Numbered from the stretch's first letter, positions 11,921-24,866 are shown. The stretch is DNA of 45,786 bases from Octopus bimaculoides (GCF_001194135.2 NC_068986.1:59243583-59289368); one strand, 5' to 3'. Numbers and translations: made by a program. Notes: generated by a model from the sequence alone, not told the origin.

Positions 11921-12989
11921 ACACACACATATACATGCATACATACACACGCACGCATACGCACACACACACGCACGCATACGCACACACACACGCACGC
12001 ATACGCACACNNNNNNNNNNATACACACGCACGCATACGCACACACACACGCACGCATACGCACACACACACGCACGCATACGCACACACACACGCACGC
12101 ACACACACATGAACGCACACACATGAACACACACACATGAACACACACACATATACAGTAGTTACAATCTTCTATTACAGCGCCATCGAAACAAAATATC
12201 ATAAAAGTCAACTATGTCAAATAACAAAAATATTTTACCTCAGTTTTATCATTTAAAAATAATGTCATTCTTTTAGATTTGGATTCTGCGACTATCATGT
12301 ATTTACCAAGGTCGCATAACTAGAATCAACTGAACAGTAATCACTAGAACTGATCCACTTAGAGATTGTGTTTACACAGAAAATATTCATTAATGATTCT
12401 AAAACTTTATCAAAGATCATTATAAATGTAACGTTATTATAATATAGGTTTTTTTGCAGTCATTTTCGTACGTTTGTCATTCAATTTGATAATCATTCAA
12501 AGTCGCGAAAAGAATTAGCGCCATGAAGTTAATCATTCAAATTCGTTTTTCGATCATTCAATTTTACAAAGAATTTAACATTTACATCATTCAACTTAAA
12601 ATGTACGTCGAAAGCATTCAAATTCGTCGGAATTCGAGAAAGCGTCTTTTTGAGCATTCAAATTCGTTTCGGAGCAATCTATTTAACACTTCGAACAATC
12701 AAATTAGCACGATAGCTGTTTTGGTTTTATCTCACGATCATTGTTATCATAATCATGTGTTTTCATCCATTGTTTATGCTTTAAGCCCTCTATCGTGCCC
12801 ATGTCTTTTCTATGTATTCTTTTATTTTTGCATACGTACATGTATTTATTGCTAAAGATTTCATGAAATCGCATTCCAGCCTTTTGCATTTTTGCATCTT
12901 TTTTTTTCTTTCATCAGGGAAAGGGTGTTATGTACACTAAGATAATTATTGATTTACAGTCTTGATAAGAAGAGTTCGTTTGAGAGGAT

Positions 12990-13290
12990 TTACCGTCTAT
13001 TTCCTGGCGGTCGAGGCATCTCGGAAGGTGGGTCTGGGTGTGTCTATACCAACGAACACAATTTTCTGGAGTGATAGCGTCGTTGTTACGGCTTGCGACC
13101 TGTTGTATGACATGTGCTCGCCATTTTTCCATGGTCATGCCGGCTTTTTCTGCAGCCACCTGGCCGCCAGCCCTTTGCTGCAACTCAGCTCGGGCGAGGT
13201 CCAACTTGGCAGCCGCCTTAAAGCAGAATGCGCCATTTCCGTACAATCAAGAAACGTCGAGTAGGAAGGCAGGAGTTTCAGACTGATCCA
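12990..13290 (-). pseudogene. IS630-Tc1-mariner transposase C-terminal fragment (truncated by gap)
   Basis: LLPSYSTFLDCTEMAHSA/FKAAAK (1-nt frameshift) resembles LPPYSPFLNPIE; C-terminal ITPENCVRWYRHTQTHLPRCLDRQEI. Confidence 0.75.
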
Positions 13291-14196
13291 NNNNNNNNNN
13301 NNNNNNNNNNNNNNNNNNNNNNNNNNNNNNNNNNNNNNNNNNNNNNNNNNNNNNNNNNNNNNNNNNNNNNNNNNNNNNNNNNNNNNNNNNNNNNNNNNNN
13401 NNNNNNNNNNNNNNNNNNNNNNNNNNNNNNNNNNNNNNNNNNNNNNNNNNNNNNNNNNNNNNNNNNNNNNNNNNNNNNNNNNNNNNNNNNNNNNNNNNNN
13501 NNNNNNNNNNNNNNNNNNNNNNNNNNNNNNNNNNNNNNNNNNNNNNNNNNNNNNNNNNNNNNNNNNNNNNNNNNNNNNNNNNNNNNNNNNNNNNNNNNNN
13601 NNNNNNNNNNNNNNNNNNNNNNNNNNNNNNNNNNNNNNNNNNNNNNNNNNNNNNNNNNNNNNNNNNNNNNNNNNNNNNNNNNNNNNNNNNNNNNNNNNNN
13701 NNNNNNNNNNNNNNNNNNNNNNNNNNNNNNNNNNNNNNNNNNNNNNNNNNNNNNNNNNNNNNNNNNNNNNNNNNNNNNNNNNNNNNNNNNNNNNNNNNNN
13801 NNNNNNNNNNNNNNNNNNNNNNNNNNNNNNNNNNNNNNNNNNNNNNNNNNNNNNNNNNNNNNNNNNNNNNNNNNNNNNNNNNNNNNNNNNNNNNNNNNNN
13901 NNNNNNNNNNNNNNNNNNNNNNNNNNNNNNNNNNNNNNNNNNNNNNNNNNNNNNNNNNNNNNNNNNNNNNNNNNNNNNNNNNNNNNNNNNNNNNNNNNNN
14001 NNNNNNNNNNNNNNNNNNNNNNNNNNNNNNNNNNNNNNNNNNNNNNNNNNNNNNNNNNNNNNNNNNNNNNNNNNNNNNNNNNNNNNNNNNNNNNNNNNNN
14101 NNNNNNNNNNNNNNNNNNNNNNNNNNNNNNNNNNNNNNNNNNNNNNNNNNNNNNNNNNNNNNNNNNNNNNNNNNNNNNNNNNNNNNNNNNNNNNNN

Positions 14197-14239
<43 letters not shown>

Positions 14240-15696
14240 CGGAATTCTACTTGCTTGGTAGGGATTTGTTTTTAGATCATTTATTAAAAGTTAACAATCA
14301 CTCAGTTTTTATTGGCCTATAAAAGCTAACCAGTAGCCTACAATCACAATGAAAGAAAGAACATATTGAAAAATCATAAGACTGCCCGGTCAGGATTGAT
14401 CTAGGGGTACAGAATAACCACAACAGTAACAACAACCGCATCTATCCGGTTCACTTTACCTACTAAAATAAGTAATTTAATTTCCCTCAAACTATACTGT
14501 GTAAACAAAAGACAAGATGATCAAGGTTGGGGAGGCTATGATCATAGATATCCTCGATCAGAACTGACCTGCTGTCAAACAACAACGACTATGAACTACT
14601 TTATAACGAGACAGCAGTGCTTACGATTACAATAGAAAATTGGTGATTTATGGTTACGTCATAGCGAGATTTCAAGTTAAGACGATTTCCTTTGGTTGTC
14701 CGATTGACCAAACCAGAACGTCATTTGTTTTCCCCCTCCTTCTTCTCTTCCTCTCCCACCTCCTCTTTCTCCACCTTCTCCTCCATCTAGCCCTTGTATT
14801 GATCAGCGTTATGGCTCGCTGGTTAAAATTCTCAAATTAATTAAGCTCACAACTTAGTTATTATTACAGAGAAATGAACTTATCTCTTCTCTCATTGTTT
14901 GGTTGTTTTGTGTTCTTTTGTTTTTAATTTTTTGATTGATTCTTTGTCAACGCTATTTTAAACAATATTTTGTTGCATTTCGTTCATATGCGTGTCTGGT
15001 GTGTATACACACACACATATACATACATACATACATACATACATACATACATACATACATACATACATACATACATACACATATATGCATACATATATCA
15101 TTTTTCACTAATTTCTTTGTCATCCTGCTTTATCATTGCTTTTCTTCCTATCTTTCGCTATCTACCTCTTACGCCTTTTCTCATTCTCTCAGCTCCCCGT
15201 CTCCTCCTCCTCTCCCTCTCTCTCCTTCTCTCTCCCTCTCTCTTTCTCAGTTGACTAAAGATTTTGTTAGATTTTTTAAAACTTTACATAAAGGATGGTC
15301 GCGTGAGAGGAAGCGATGGCCAAGGGTGAATAACTCCACGACAAACGTCGTCAAGTTCAGCAGACTTTCCCTCCTCCCTTATTGTCCTACCTTTATTTTA
15401 TTTTGTCTTTTTCTTAGCTTTCTTTATTGCTTTGTTTTTTGTTTTGATTTGATTTTTAAGCTTTGTTTTCATATTTTTTGCTGTTTTTTTTTCATTCTTT
15501 GCTCAGGCCCTACCATAACTAACCAAGCCAGAAGTGTGGATGTGTGAACGTCGTTTGTGGTATATACATGTGCAAAACTTGCATATGTGTATGTGTGTGC
15601 GTGTGTAGAATGTGTAGGTGTAACGCGCACTTATGTGTATGTATGTGTGTGTATGTGTGTATGTGCAGCATGTACAGCATGTGAGGCATTTCGAAG

Positions 15697-15749
<53 letters not shown>

Positions 15750-16794
15750 TGCGTGAAAAGTTAAAGCTCACCGGGGAAAAATATACATAAGAGGGTACGG
15801 GAGAAGAAATGTGAAGTGGTGGTGGTAGTGGTGGTGGTGGTGGTGTATATCGTAATGAGGTGGAGGAGGAGAAGGAGAATGAAGAGGAGAGGAGAGCAAA
15901 AAGAGGACCGGAAAGAGGAGAATGATTATGATATTGATGATGATGATGATGATGATTGGGAGAGTGACGACGGCGATTACAACAATGACAAGTACCAAAA
16001 AGCACTCACCACTCGCCAAATTCACACCCGTCCGTTCCTCACCAGTTACCCCCCCCCTCCCACTCAATATCAAATATGAAGGAAGATTAGACGCTATCCG
16101 AAAGAAAGACCGACAGACTGTTCCTGCCTAATCCCACCAGCCACCCAGCCAGCCNNNNNNNNNNNNNNNNNNNNNNNNNNNNNNNNNNNNNNNNNNNNNN
16201 NNNNNNNNNNNNNNNNNNNNNNNNNNNNNNNNNNNNNNNNNNNNNNNNNNNNNNNNNNNNNNNNNNNNNNNNNNNNNNNNNNNNNNNNNNNNNNNNNNNN
16301 NNNNNNNNNNNNNNNNNNNNNNNNNNNNNNNNNNNNNNNNNNNNNNNNNNNNNNNNNNNNNNNNNNNNNNNNNNNNNNNNNNNNNNNNNNNNNNNNNNNN
16401 NNNNNNNNNNNNNNNNNNNNNNNNNNNNNNNNNNNNNNNNNNNNNNNNNNNNNNNNNNNNNNNNNNNNNNNNNNNNNNNNNNNNNNNNNNNNNNNNNNNN
16501 NNNNNNNNNNNNNNNNNNNNNNNNNNNNNNNNNNNNNNNNNNNNNNNNNNNNNNNNNNNNNNNNNNNNNNNNNNNNNNNNNNNNNNNNNNNNNNNNNNNN
16601 NNNNNNNNNNNNNNNNNNNNNNNNNNNNNNNNNNNNNNNNNNNNNNNNNNNNNNNNNNNNNNNNNNNNNNNNNNNNNNNNNNNNNNNNNNNNNNNNNNNN
16701 NNNNNNNNNNNNNNNNNNNNNNNNNNNNNNNNNNNNNNNNNNNNNNNNNGTATATATGTATATATATATATGTATGTGTGTATGTGTTTGTGTA

Positions 16795-16997
16795 TCTGTG
16801 TTTGTCCCCCCAACATTGCTTGACAACCGATGCTGGTGTGTTTATGTCCCCGTAACTTAGCGGTTCGGCAAAAAGAGACCGATAGAATAAGTACTAGGCT
16901 TCTAAAGAATAAGTCCTGGGGTCGATTTGCTCGACTAAAGGCGGTGCTCCAGCATGGCCACAGTCAAAAGACTGAAACAAGTAAAAGAGTAAAAGAG
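16795..16997 (+). mobile_element. SINE family A, 3' half
   Basis: TTTGTCCCCC..TAACTTAGCGGTTCGGC..GGTGCTCCAGCATGGCC..GACTGAAACAAGTAAAAGA. Confidence 0.9.
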
Positions 16998-17060
16998 TAT
17001 ATCGATTTATTTATCTATACACAATGTGTGTGTGTTGTGTGTGTGTATGTATGTATATAT

Positions 17061-17206
17061 AGGTACAAATGTGGCTGTATGGTAAGAACCTTACTTCCCA
17101 GCCACATGGTTCTGGATTCAGTCTCTGGACAAGTATCTTCTACAATAACCTTCGGTCAATCAAGATGCTTTGTGTGAACTTGTTAAACGGAAACTAAAAA
17201 CCCGTA
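17061..17206 (+). mobile_element. SINE family A, 5' half (tRNA-like head)
   Basis: GTGGCTGTATGGTAAG (A-box-like) and GGATTCAGTC (B-box-like), matching the copy at 38338. Confidence 0.8.
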
Positions 17207-17254
<48 letters not shown>

Positions 17255-17509
17255 CGTGGTTTGGCCTTTGACTGCCCTTTCTAGCATATAAGGTGCCCTA
17301 TCAAAAGTCACCTCTTCCGTGTATAAATACTTAAATTGTTTGTACACTATTATATATGAAAATATGCTTTCTATTACGCATGCTAGCCACCGGTATGAAC
17401 ATTTTTCTAAATGTTCTACCCTTGTTACTTTATATATATATACATATATTGAATATATATATATACATTTGAATTGACTATATATATATACATACATACA
17501 TACATACAT

Positions 17510-17583
<74 letters not shown>

Positions 17584-17697
17584 GTATATAGTCAATTCAA
17601 AAAACAGAAAAAAAGGAGAAAAAGTAAAAACCAACGAACGTGAAGACGTAGCACAAGCAATGTATTAATATGACGCTCGGTGAAAGAAGAGAGTTGT

Positions 17698-17734
17698 TGT
17701 TTTACGTTTCGAGCATAGCTCTTTGTCGGAAACA
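17698..17734 (-). ncRNA. Minimal type I hammerhead motif with variant core
   Basis: Minus strand reads TGTTT-CCGACAA-A-GAGC tat GCTC-GAAAC-GTA-AAACA. Stems I and II are perfect; the core deviates from CUGANGA at 2 positions. Confidence 0.6.
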
Positions 17735-18343
17735 GGAAAAACAGGGAAGTCCAAAGAGAAAGAAAGAAGAATGAGAGAAAATTGCCAACAGTCCACGTGC
17801 GGTTACATTTCTCAAGTGACAACAAGGTAGAAAAAAAATAGTACTCGAATACCGGAAGTAGAGTAATATGCCTTATTATTAAAGTTGCAAAAACATCAAA
17901 AATATTCCATTCTTGATCACAACTGTCCGACTCTGAGTAACAGTTTTTTTGTGATAGTTTTGTCTTCTTTTTGCAGCTTTAATAATAATGTATATATGCA
18001 TATGCTCCCCGTGTATGTATATNNNNNNNNNNNNNNNNNNNNNNNNNNNNNNNNNNNNNNNNNNNNNNNNNNNNNNNNNNNNNNNNNNNNNNNNNNNNNN
18101 NNNNNNNNNNNNNNNNNNNNNNNNNNNNNNNNNNNNNNNNNNNNNNNNNNNNNNNNNNNNNNNNNNNNNNNNNNNNNNNNNNNNNNNNNNNNNNNNNNNN
18201 NNNNNNNNNNNNNNNNNNNNNNNNNNNNNNNNNNNNNNNNNNNNNNNNNNNNNNNNNNNNNNNNNNNNNNNNNNNNNNNNNNNNNNNNNNNNNNNNNNNN
18301 NNNNNNNNNNNATATGTACGTATGTATGTATGTATGTGTGTAT

Positions 18344-18375
<32 letters not shown>

Positions 18376-18440
18376 GCAGGCAGGCAGGCAGGCAGTTAGA
18401 TATATTTGTGTGTGTTTGTGAGTATTTGTGTGTGAGTCAT

Positions 18441-18633
18441 TGTGTTTGTCCTCGCCACCGCTTGACAACCGGTACTGGTTTGTTTACGCCTTCATAACTT
18501 AGCGGTTCGGAAACGGAACCGATAGAATAAATTCAATGCTTTAAAAAAGTACTGGGATCGACTTGTTGGACTTAGATCTACAAAGCGGCGCCCCAGCATG
18601 GCCGCACTCAAATGACTGAAACAAGTAAAAGAT
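18441..18633 (+). mobile_element. SINE family A, 3' half
   Basis: Homologous to 16795-16997. Confidence 0.9.
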
Positions 18634-18689
18634 AAATACTAAAAGTTACATACACGTAGACACATTCACCTTGTGTGGCTGCATGGAAA

Positions 18690-19420
18690 GAAATTGTTCT
18701 TTGTACAACATGTGGTTGAGCATTATCTTGCAAGAGAATTGGCCAGTCTCTATTGACCAATCTCGGTTGTTTAATTGCAAGTTCACTCATCATTTCATCC
18801 AATTCGTTGATGTATACATCCGCTGTAGTGGATGACACCAGCACTGGACCACTAAACAGACACCATTAGCTTTTTTGGTGAATATTTGTTTTTGAATTGT
18901 GCTTTGGCATTTCGTCTCTATCCAACCACCGTACAGAATGCTTACTATTGTTGAAAAGAATCCATTTTTCATCACACGTAACAATGCGATGCAAAAATGG
19001 TTCGCTTTTATGCTGTGAAAGCAAAGAACAGCAAGTTTCAAGACGATCTTGTCATTTGATGCTCGTTCAAATCGTGTGGTACTCACTTGTCCAGCTTCTT
19101 TACCTAGCCGATTTGTTTTAAATGGTCCAATACAGTTGGAATCGAAACATCAAACTTTGCTGCTAACTCACCCGTAGTTTGAGATGTATCCGCTTCCACT
19201 ACAGTTTCCAGCTCATCATTATCCACCTTGGTCTTAGGTCTAACACAGGGCTGATTTTCAAGAGTAAAGTCAGCAGACCGGAACTTCTCAAATCATCGAC
19301 GTACAGTGCACTCATTCGCCACATCTTCATCAAACACCTCATTGATGTTTCGAGCTGTCTGGGATGCACTGGTTCCACGACGGAACTCATATTCATAAAC
19401 AGGACGAATTTATGATCTAT
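18690..19420 (-). pseudogene. mariner (Mos1/Hsmar1-like) transposase fossil
   Basis: YEYEFRRG..ARNINEVF HTH region, (W)VPHDL, IVTCDEKW, PILLQDNAQPH. Multiple stops and frameshifts; C-terminus missing. Confidence 0.9.
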
Positions 19421-19654
19421 CTATGGGTTCACAAAAATTGATTTAGAAGAGAAAACTCAAACATAATCAGACGCCATGAATTACATTTCGGCTGGTTATT
19501 CGATACAATCTGCACCCGATGCAATCTGCAAGCAGGGGAGCAAACTCCTACCATCTTCCAACTATTTGTGCAAAGCCTCTCTATTAACTGTTTTAAAGGT
19601 TTCAGTAAGGTCAACATGTACTTGATAGAGTGGAACTTTTATGTTCAACACACT

Positions 19655-20300
19655 TCTCCTGAAGTTACGTAAGGGAGAAAATCATGTCCATTTTCTCGCT
19701 GCGCACTTGGGAACCAGACTGAGTTTCTGGTAAACGTATAAGAGAGATATCACGCATCAGGCGGTTTGACATACCTCCAGAGAGAACTTTGTCCGCAGAT
19801 TCTAACACAATGAAATCACAGAAAATGTCTCATAGACATTTAGGTCCTTTACCTTCATGAATAAACACCAGTACAAGATCAATCTAGTGGAATTAGAGTT
19901 TTTTCTCAACGAGTAACTATCGTTCTGTGTATTGCAGAAGTCACAGTGTCACTTCCTGTTTTCAAGGGCTTTAAGGGTATTCTATTTCGGTCTGGGGATC
20001 TTACTAGAATTTAAATTACTTATTTTTAACAGAATCTTTCCATATTCTGGTATCTCTTTGTGGCAGCAACCCGTTAATTCTTTCCATTATTTAACATCGG
20101 AAAGGTTTAAGAACAGATCTGTAAAGTGTTCTTTCCGGCGTTTTATTGTTTGCCGTATCTTTCAAGAGTATTTAACCAATTTTTTAGTTGCAAAGGGACT
20201 GCAGAAAATGATTAAGATCCAAGTATTTGGTGTAGTTACTTCTACCAGAATGTATTGTTTTACTGTTTTACAGACAACAAAACATTCTTATATTTGTTTT
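19655..20300 (-). pseudogene. RTE-clade LINE reverse transcriptase remnant
   Basis: LPETQSGSQVRSEKMDMIFSLT*LQEK resembles LPESQCGFR..ST.DMIFSLRQLQEK; upstream KRRKEHFTDL. Confidence 0.7.
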
Positions 20301-20554
20301 GTAATGTTCTTGATGTGAAACCATGTTTTTGAAGCAGATATTCATGTACTTAGGGAAGATCTTAATGCCAATAAAACACGCATATTGGTTACAGAGAATT
20401 AATTATCTAATTAATTGGTTATAAAATTAAAATATTAATTATCTAGTTAATTAATTAAAAATACTGAAGTGAAATACAATTATCTCATGTTTTATCGGAG
20501 CGTAATTTATTCCGTATTTTTGTATTTTTATTAATTTTGCTAAACACTTTTTTT

Positions 20555-20602
20555 ACTTAAAAATGATTTATTGTAATAAATTACAATAAATCATTTTTAA
20601 GT
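20555..20602. repeat. Perfect AT-rich hairpin (23-bp arms, 2-nt loop)
   Basis: ACTTAAAAATGATTTATTGTAAT aa ATTACAATAAATCATTTTTAAGT. Confidence 0.95.
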
Positions 20603-20849
20603 TTAAAAAAAAGCAAGATTACAGAATAAATTACTTTCAAAAAGTCTAGCACTAAGAACTTCCTTGCTATTTTATTTCAACAATTATTGCATGCAGTAGC
20701 AAAACAGTCACCAATCAGCAGTGATCAAATATGTTTGTCAATTGGTTGGAGAAAGAACCGAAATACAATTTGAATTCAAATTTAAATTAAAATTCAAATC
20801 TTTCCACTTGAAGTTTTTGAAAACACACAATATTTGATTTATCGAAAAA

Positions 20850-21277
20850 AAAGAAACTGCGAAGGAGGAGCTGGTTGAACTCCGGCTTAATGATACTGCT
20901 CATTATGTATTTCCTACGAATTTGTATAATTTGTGTAATGGATCTGCATGTCAAATACTTTCGGTATTATTGGGGATTAAATTAAAACTCAGACCCAATC
21001 TCAGAACAATGTGATGTTCCTTGAATCGTTGCTGGACTTAATGAACTTTTGCCAAAAGCAGACCCAAGTTTCACGCAATTTAAAACTGGCAGGTTCAGCA
21101 GATTAATAACTGGCTCGCTGATGAAACTTGAAGAACTTAAAGTAACTTTTTGCTAACAATTAAATGGAAACCTTCATAAATTCAATACATTCTTGTCAAT
21201 CTTCAATTTTTAGGGATCCGTGAGAGCTGTTAGAAAATCTAAAATGTGCAGAGAAGCAAAAAGGTTGAAGACCCCTG
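20850..21277 (+). mobile_element. hAT (Charlie/Buster-like) transposon 3' remnant
   Basis: Degenerate dimerisation-domain text (FPT..LC..S.L.IK..CQKQTQVS) and the terminus AAAAAGGTTGAAGACCCCTG typical of hAT ends. Confidence 0.55.
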
Positions 21278-21459
21278 GCATAATATATTTGACTACATAA
21301 TCATATATCAGTTTTCCTTTTTGCTAAGTTGATAGATATGATGTGTAGGGATATGATGTGACTACTACTACTACTAGCAAGTCAAGCTATCATGTAGTAG
21401 CTACCCCTTTGTATATTGTTTGACTTCGGTCAACACTATTTGAACAGATCTATAACCAA

Positions 21460-21610
21460 AGGCATTCCACTTCCGACCATCCTGTCCTTTTAGATGTACC
21501 GACGACTACATGATCTAATATGTCCTTTCTTTTATTAAGACAGAAAGATGGAATTCATAGGAGATAGATTTGATTGCTACTTCTTGCAAATCGAGTGATC
21601 ATAATAGAAC
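21460..21610 (-). mobile_element. SINE-like repeat, family B fragment
   Basis: Its reverse complement aligns to 30165-30290 (GATC.CTCGA..TAGCAA.CAAA..AAAGAAAG.AC). Confidence 0.55.
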
Positions 21611-22175
21611 CTTACTCGTTGTAGTGGCTTCTGAATGGGGGCAACAATTCTAACGCAATAAATAAGAAACTCCAGAATAAATAGAAACTACAGAAGAATT
21701 TAGGTGAAGTTTCAGTAAAATTATGAAATAGTACTATCAACAGTGGCTTTAAAATAACCAATAAGCATCAAAGTTGAGTCCTCTTGTTAAAGGATACAGA
21801 AAAGTGTTGTTTCTCAAGAGACAACGATGGCATTTATTCGCTCAGTGGGTGAATAATAAGGGGCCTTGTGATGAATGTTGTAGATTTTGCTGAGCAAGTC
21901 ATTCTCTTGGTCCCGAAACCTCTAGATAAAACGCGACGAGGCCTAGAGAAATATACAAAATATACTTTAAATTTGTTGGACATAACCATTTGTCTTACAT
22001 GCTGCAATTTGTAACTTGTGATATCATCTTTCTTTACTCTCACTCTATTTTTCACTCTCTCCACACATTGTATGTGTGTGTATGTATATGTATGCATGCA
22101 TGTATGCATGCATGCATGTATGTATGTATGTATGTATACACACATACATACATACAGACATATAAATAAAATATA

Positions 22176-22357
22176 TCTTTTATTTCTTTCAGTCATTGGA
22201 CTGTAGCCATGTTGGGGCACCCCTTGAAGAGTTTAGTCGAACAAATCTTCCTCAGCACTTGTTTTTAAGTTTTACCTTGCTGGTCTCTTTTGCCGAATTG
22301 ATAAGTTACGGTAAATCAACACCGGTGATCAAGTAGTGGTGATGGATAAACACAAAG

Positions 22358-22360
<3 letters not shown>
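22176..22360 (-). mobile_element. SINE family A, 3' half
   Basis: Reverse complement of the family A tail. Confidence 0.85.
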
Positions 22361-22399
<39 letters not shown>

Positions 22400-24069
22400 A
22401 CACACACATACACCCATATTAAATATATATATGTATATATATATATATATATATATGCATATNNNNNNNNNNNNNNNNNNNNNNNNNNNNNNNNNNNNNN
22501 NNNNNNNNNNNNNNNNNNNNNNNNNNNNNNNNNNNNNNNNNNNNNNNNNNNNNNNNNNNNNNNNNNNNNNNNNNNNNNNNNNNNNNNNNNNNNNNNNNNN
22601 NNNNNNNNNNNNNNNNNNNNNNNNNNNNNNNNNNNNNNNNNNNNNNNNNNNNNNNNNNNNNNNNNNNNNNNNNNNNNNNNNNNNNNNNNNNNNNNNNNNN
22701 NNNNNNNNNNNNNNNNNNNNNNNNNNNNNNNNNNNNNNNNNNNNNNNNNNNNNNNNNNNNNNNNNNNNNNNNNNNNNNNNNNNNNNNNNNNNNNNNNNNN
22801 NNNNNNNNNNNNNNNNNNNNNNNNNNNNNNNNNNNNNNNNNNNNNNNNNNNNNNNNNNNNNNNNNNNNNNNNNNNNNNNNNNNNNNNNNNNNNNNNNNNN
22901 NNNNNNNNNNNNNNNNNNNNNNNNNNNNNNNNNNNNNNNNNNNNNNNNNNNNNNATATATATATATATAAATTAAATTCTTAATTATATGAGAGGGTACA
23001 CGAAGCACCAGCTTGCTAGAAAGTGGAAGTAAAAACCCACAATTTAACCTCTAATCACACTGAAAATATGTAACGGACCAACAGAAATCGGGCAAACAAG
23101 TGGAATTTAACATTATCTTAGCTTAAAAGCTATAGAATAAGGTAACAGATATACCTGGATCATGATTTTGAATTCTGGCTAGCGCCTCAATTCTCCTCAG
23201 CCGGTCTTACTTTACCTAAAATGAAAAATCCATCTCGCCTCGTTGTAATCTGTTACGTCTTGAATAATCCCGCACCAAATCCAAAACAATTTCAGTACAT
23301 TATATGGGTCGAAACGATCGTCGTGCTGAATAAAGATTCATATTAAATCCATCTTCCGTTTCCTTTATCAACTATAAACTCAACAAGCACTGACGATTTT
23401 CTGACGTAGATCCAGTGAAAATTATATTGTTATTGTGAATGACATCAGGTAGCCCAAGCGGTGAATGTGCTTTAATCGACATACTAATAGACATATACCC
23501 ATAGTCGAAGGAGTTATATGTAAATACATACATGCATATGTGTATGTGTGTGAGTGTGTTTGTGTGTATGCGGTATGTATATATATATATATGCATATAT
23601 ATACATATGCACAGCGCGCATACAGCACACACACACACATGCAAATACACTGTCTCTCTCTCATATATACACAGATACATCATTTTGCACAGATTATATA
23701 TCATTTCGTGTTTCAGATACCTATTTCTTTCATTTCATATTATTTACATTTCAACTTTTCATTTTCTGATTCATTCTTCTGGCTTTTTTTTTATCCCTTT
23801 GTTGATTTGTTTGGACATTATTACATACACAAATACACACCGATTGATTATATCACGTTGAAAGAGAATGGGATCAACAGGGACAAGAGATGATGCCAAA
23901 CAGTGTGGGGAAGCAACAAGGGCGAGGAAACAGTAGGAAACAGCTGAGATGACGGCTGCGTGACTCCAGATTAAAAGAGTCAGGAAATAAAGAAGGAGAA
24001 AAGGGGAGATTAAAGAGAATAAGAATGTATGGATCAGTATGTGAGATACAGAGCAAAAAGAAAAAACTT

Positions 24070-24360
24070 TGCACTGGAAAACAGATGATTGTACAAGAAA
24101 TGCACGAAAATCTAATAATAACAAACGTCAATCTTGGCGCATTAAAAAAAGACATTGTCGTGATTCCTAGAATTAAGCTCAATACATCAGAAAGTGAAGA
24201 AAAGGTACCTCTTCAGAGGACCCAGTTTTCGATAAAGTCATATTTCACAATGACTATGCATAAAGCACAAAAACAGATCATACAAATGTTTTAATTTATC
24301 TTGAGAAACCAGTATTCTAGCATGGACAGTTAGTTGTATGTGGCTTTAAGCCGGAGAATA
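24070..24360 (+). pseudogene. Helitron Pif1-like helicase C-terminal remnant
   Basis: LCTGKQM..VVIPRIKL..QRTQFSIKSYFTMTMHKAQ..LIYLEKPVF*HGQL.YVALSR matches LCNGTRL..LIPRI..RRQFP..FAMTINKSQGQ..VFSHGQLYVALSR. Confidence 0.88.
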
Positions 24361-24755
24361 AGGAATGAAAAGGTTAAGTATTCTTGAAGAAAAGTAGTTC
24401 TACCAAAAATGTTGTTATAAAAATGTTCTTCTTTAAACCACGAAGAGGTACAGTTGTCTTTCTTCAATACGGAAAGCATTATCAGTACCTTTTCAGACAA
24501 TGCATTCGTATTCACAAATTGTTCATATATTCAACAGATTACTACTATTTGGAAAGTTCCAATTAAAGAAGTCCAGAAGTTAGATCACACATATANNNNN
24601 NNNNNNNNNNNNNNNNNNNNNNNNNNNNNNNNNNNNNNNNNNNNNNNNNNNNNNNNNNNNNNNNNNNNNNNNNNNNNNNNNNNNNNNNNNNNNNNNNNNN
24701 NNNNNNNNNNNNNNNNNNNNNNNNNNNNNNNNNNNNNNNNNNNNNNNNNNNNNNN

Positions 24756-24769
24756 CGCTCTTCCGATCT
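24756..24769 (+). other. Illumina adapter remnant (assembly artefact)
   Basis: CGCTCTTCCGATCT sits immediately after an N gap and equals the 3' end of the Illumina read-1 primer/adapter. Confidence 0.9.
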
Positions 24770-24815
24770 ATATATATGTGTATATATGTATCATGTTTCC
24801 CATTCAACAAACTGA

Positions 24816-24866
24816 TAAACAATCCGGTGCATTGTTTACCGGGCAACGCTGGGTAGCAAGTCAAGT
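24816..24866 (+). mobile_element. Probable Helitron 3' terminus
   Basis: Subterminal hairpin CCGGGCAACGCTGG followed by a degenerate CTRR end (GTCAAGT). Preceded by an 8-bp IR (TAAACAAT/ATTGTTTA) and downstream of the helicase remnant. Confidence 0.5.

Noticed and set aside
21871-22015. Short frame MNVVDFAEQVILLVPKPLDK..
   Set aside because: No convincing splice pair or recognisable homology.
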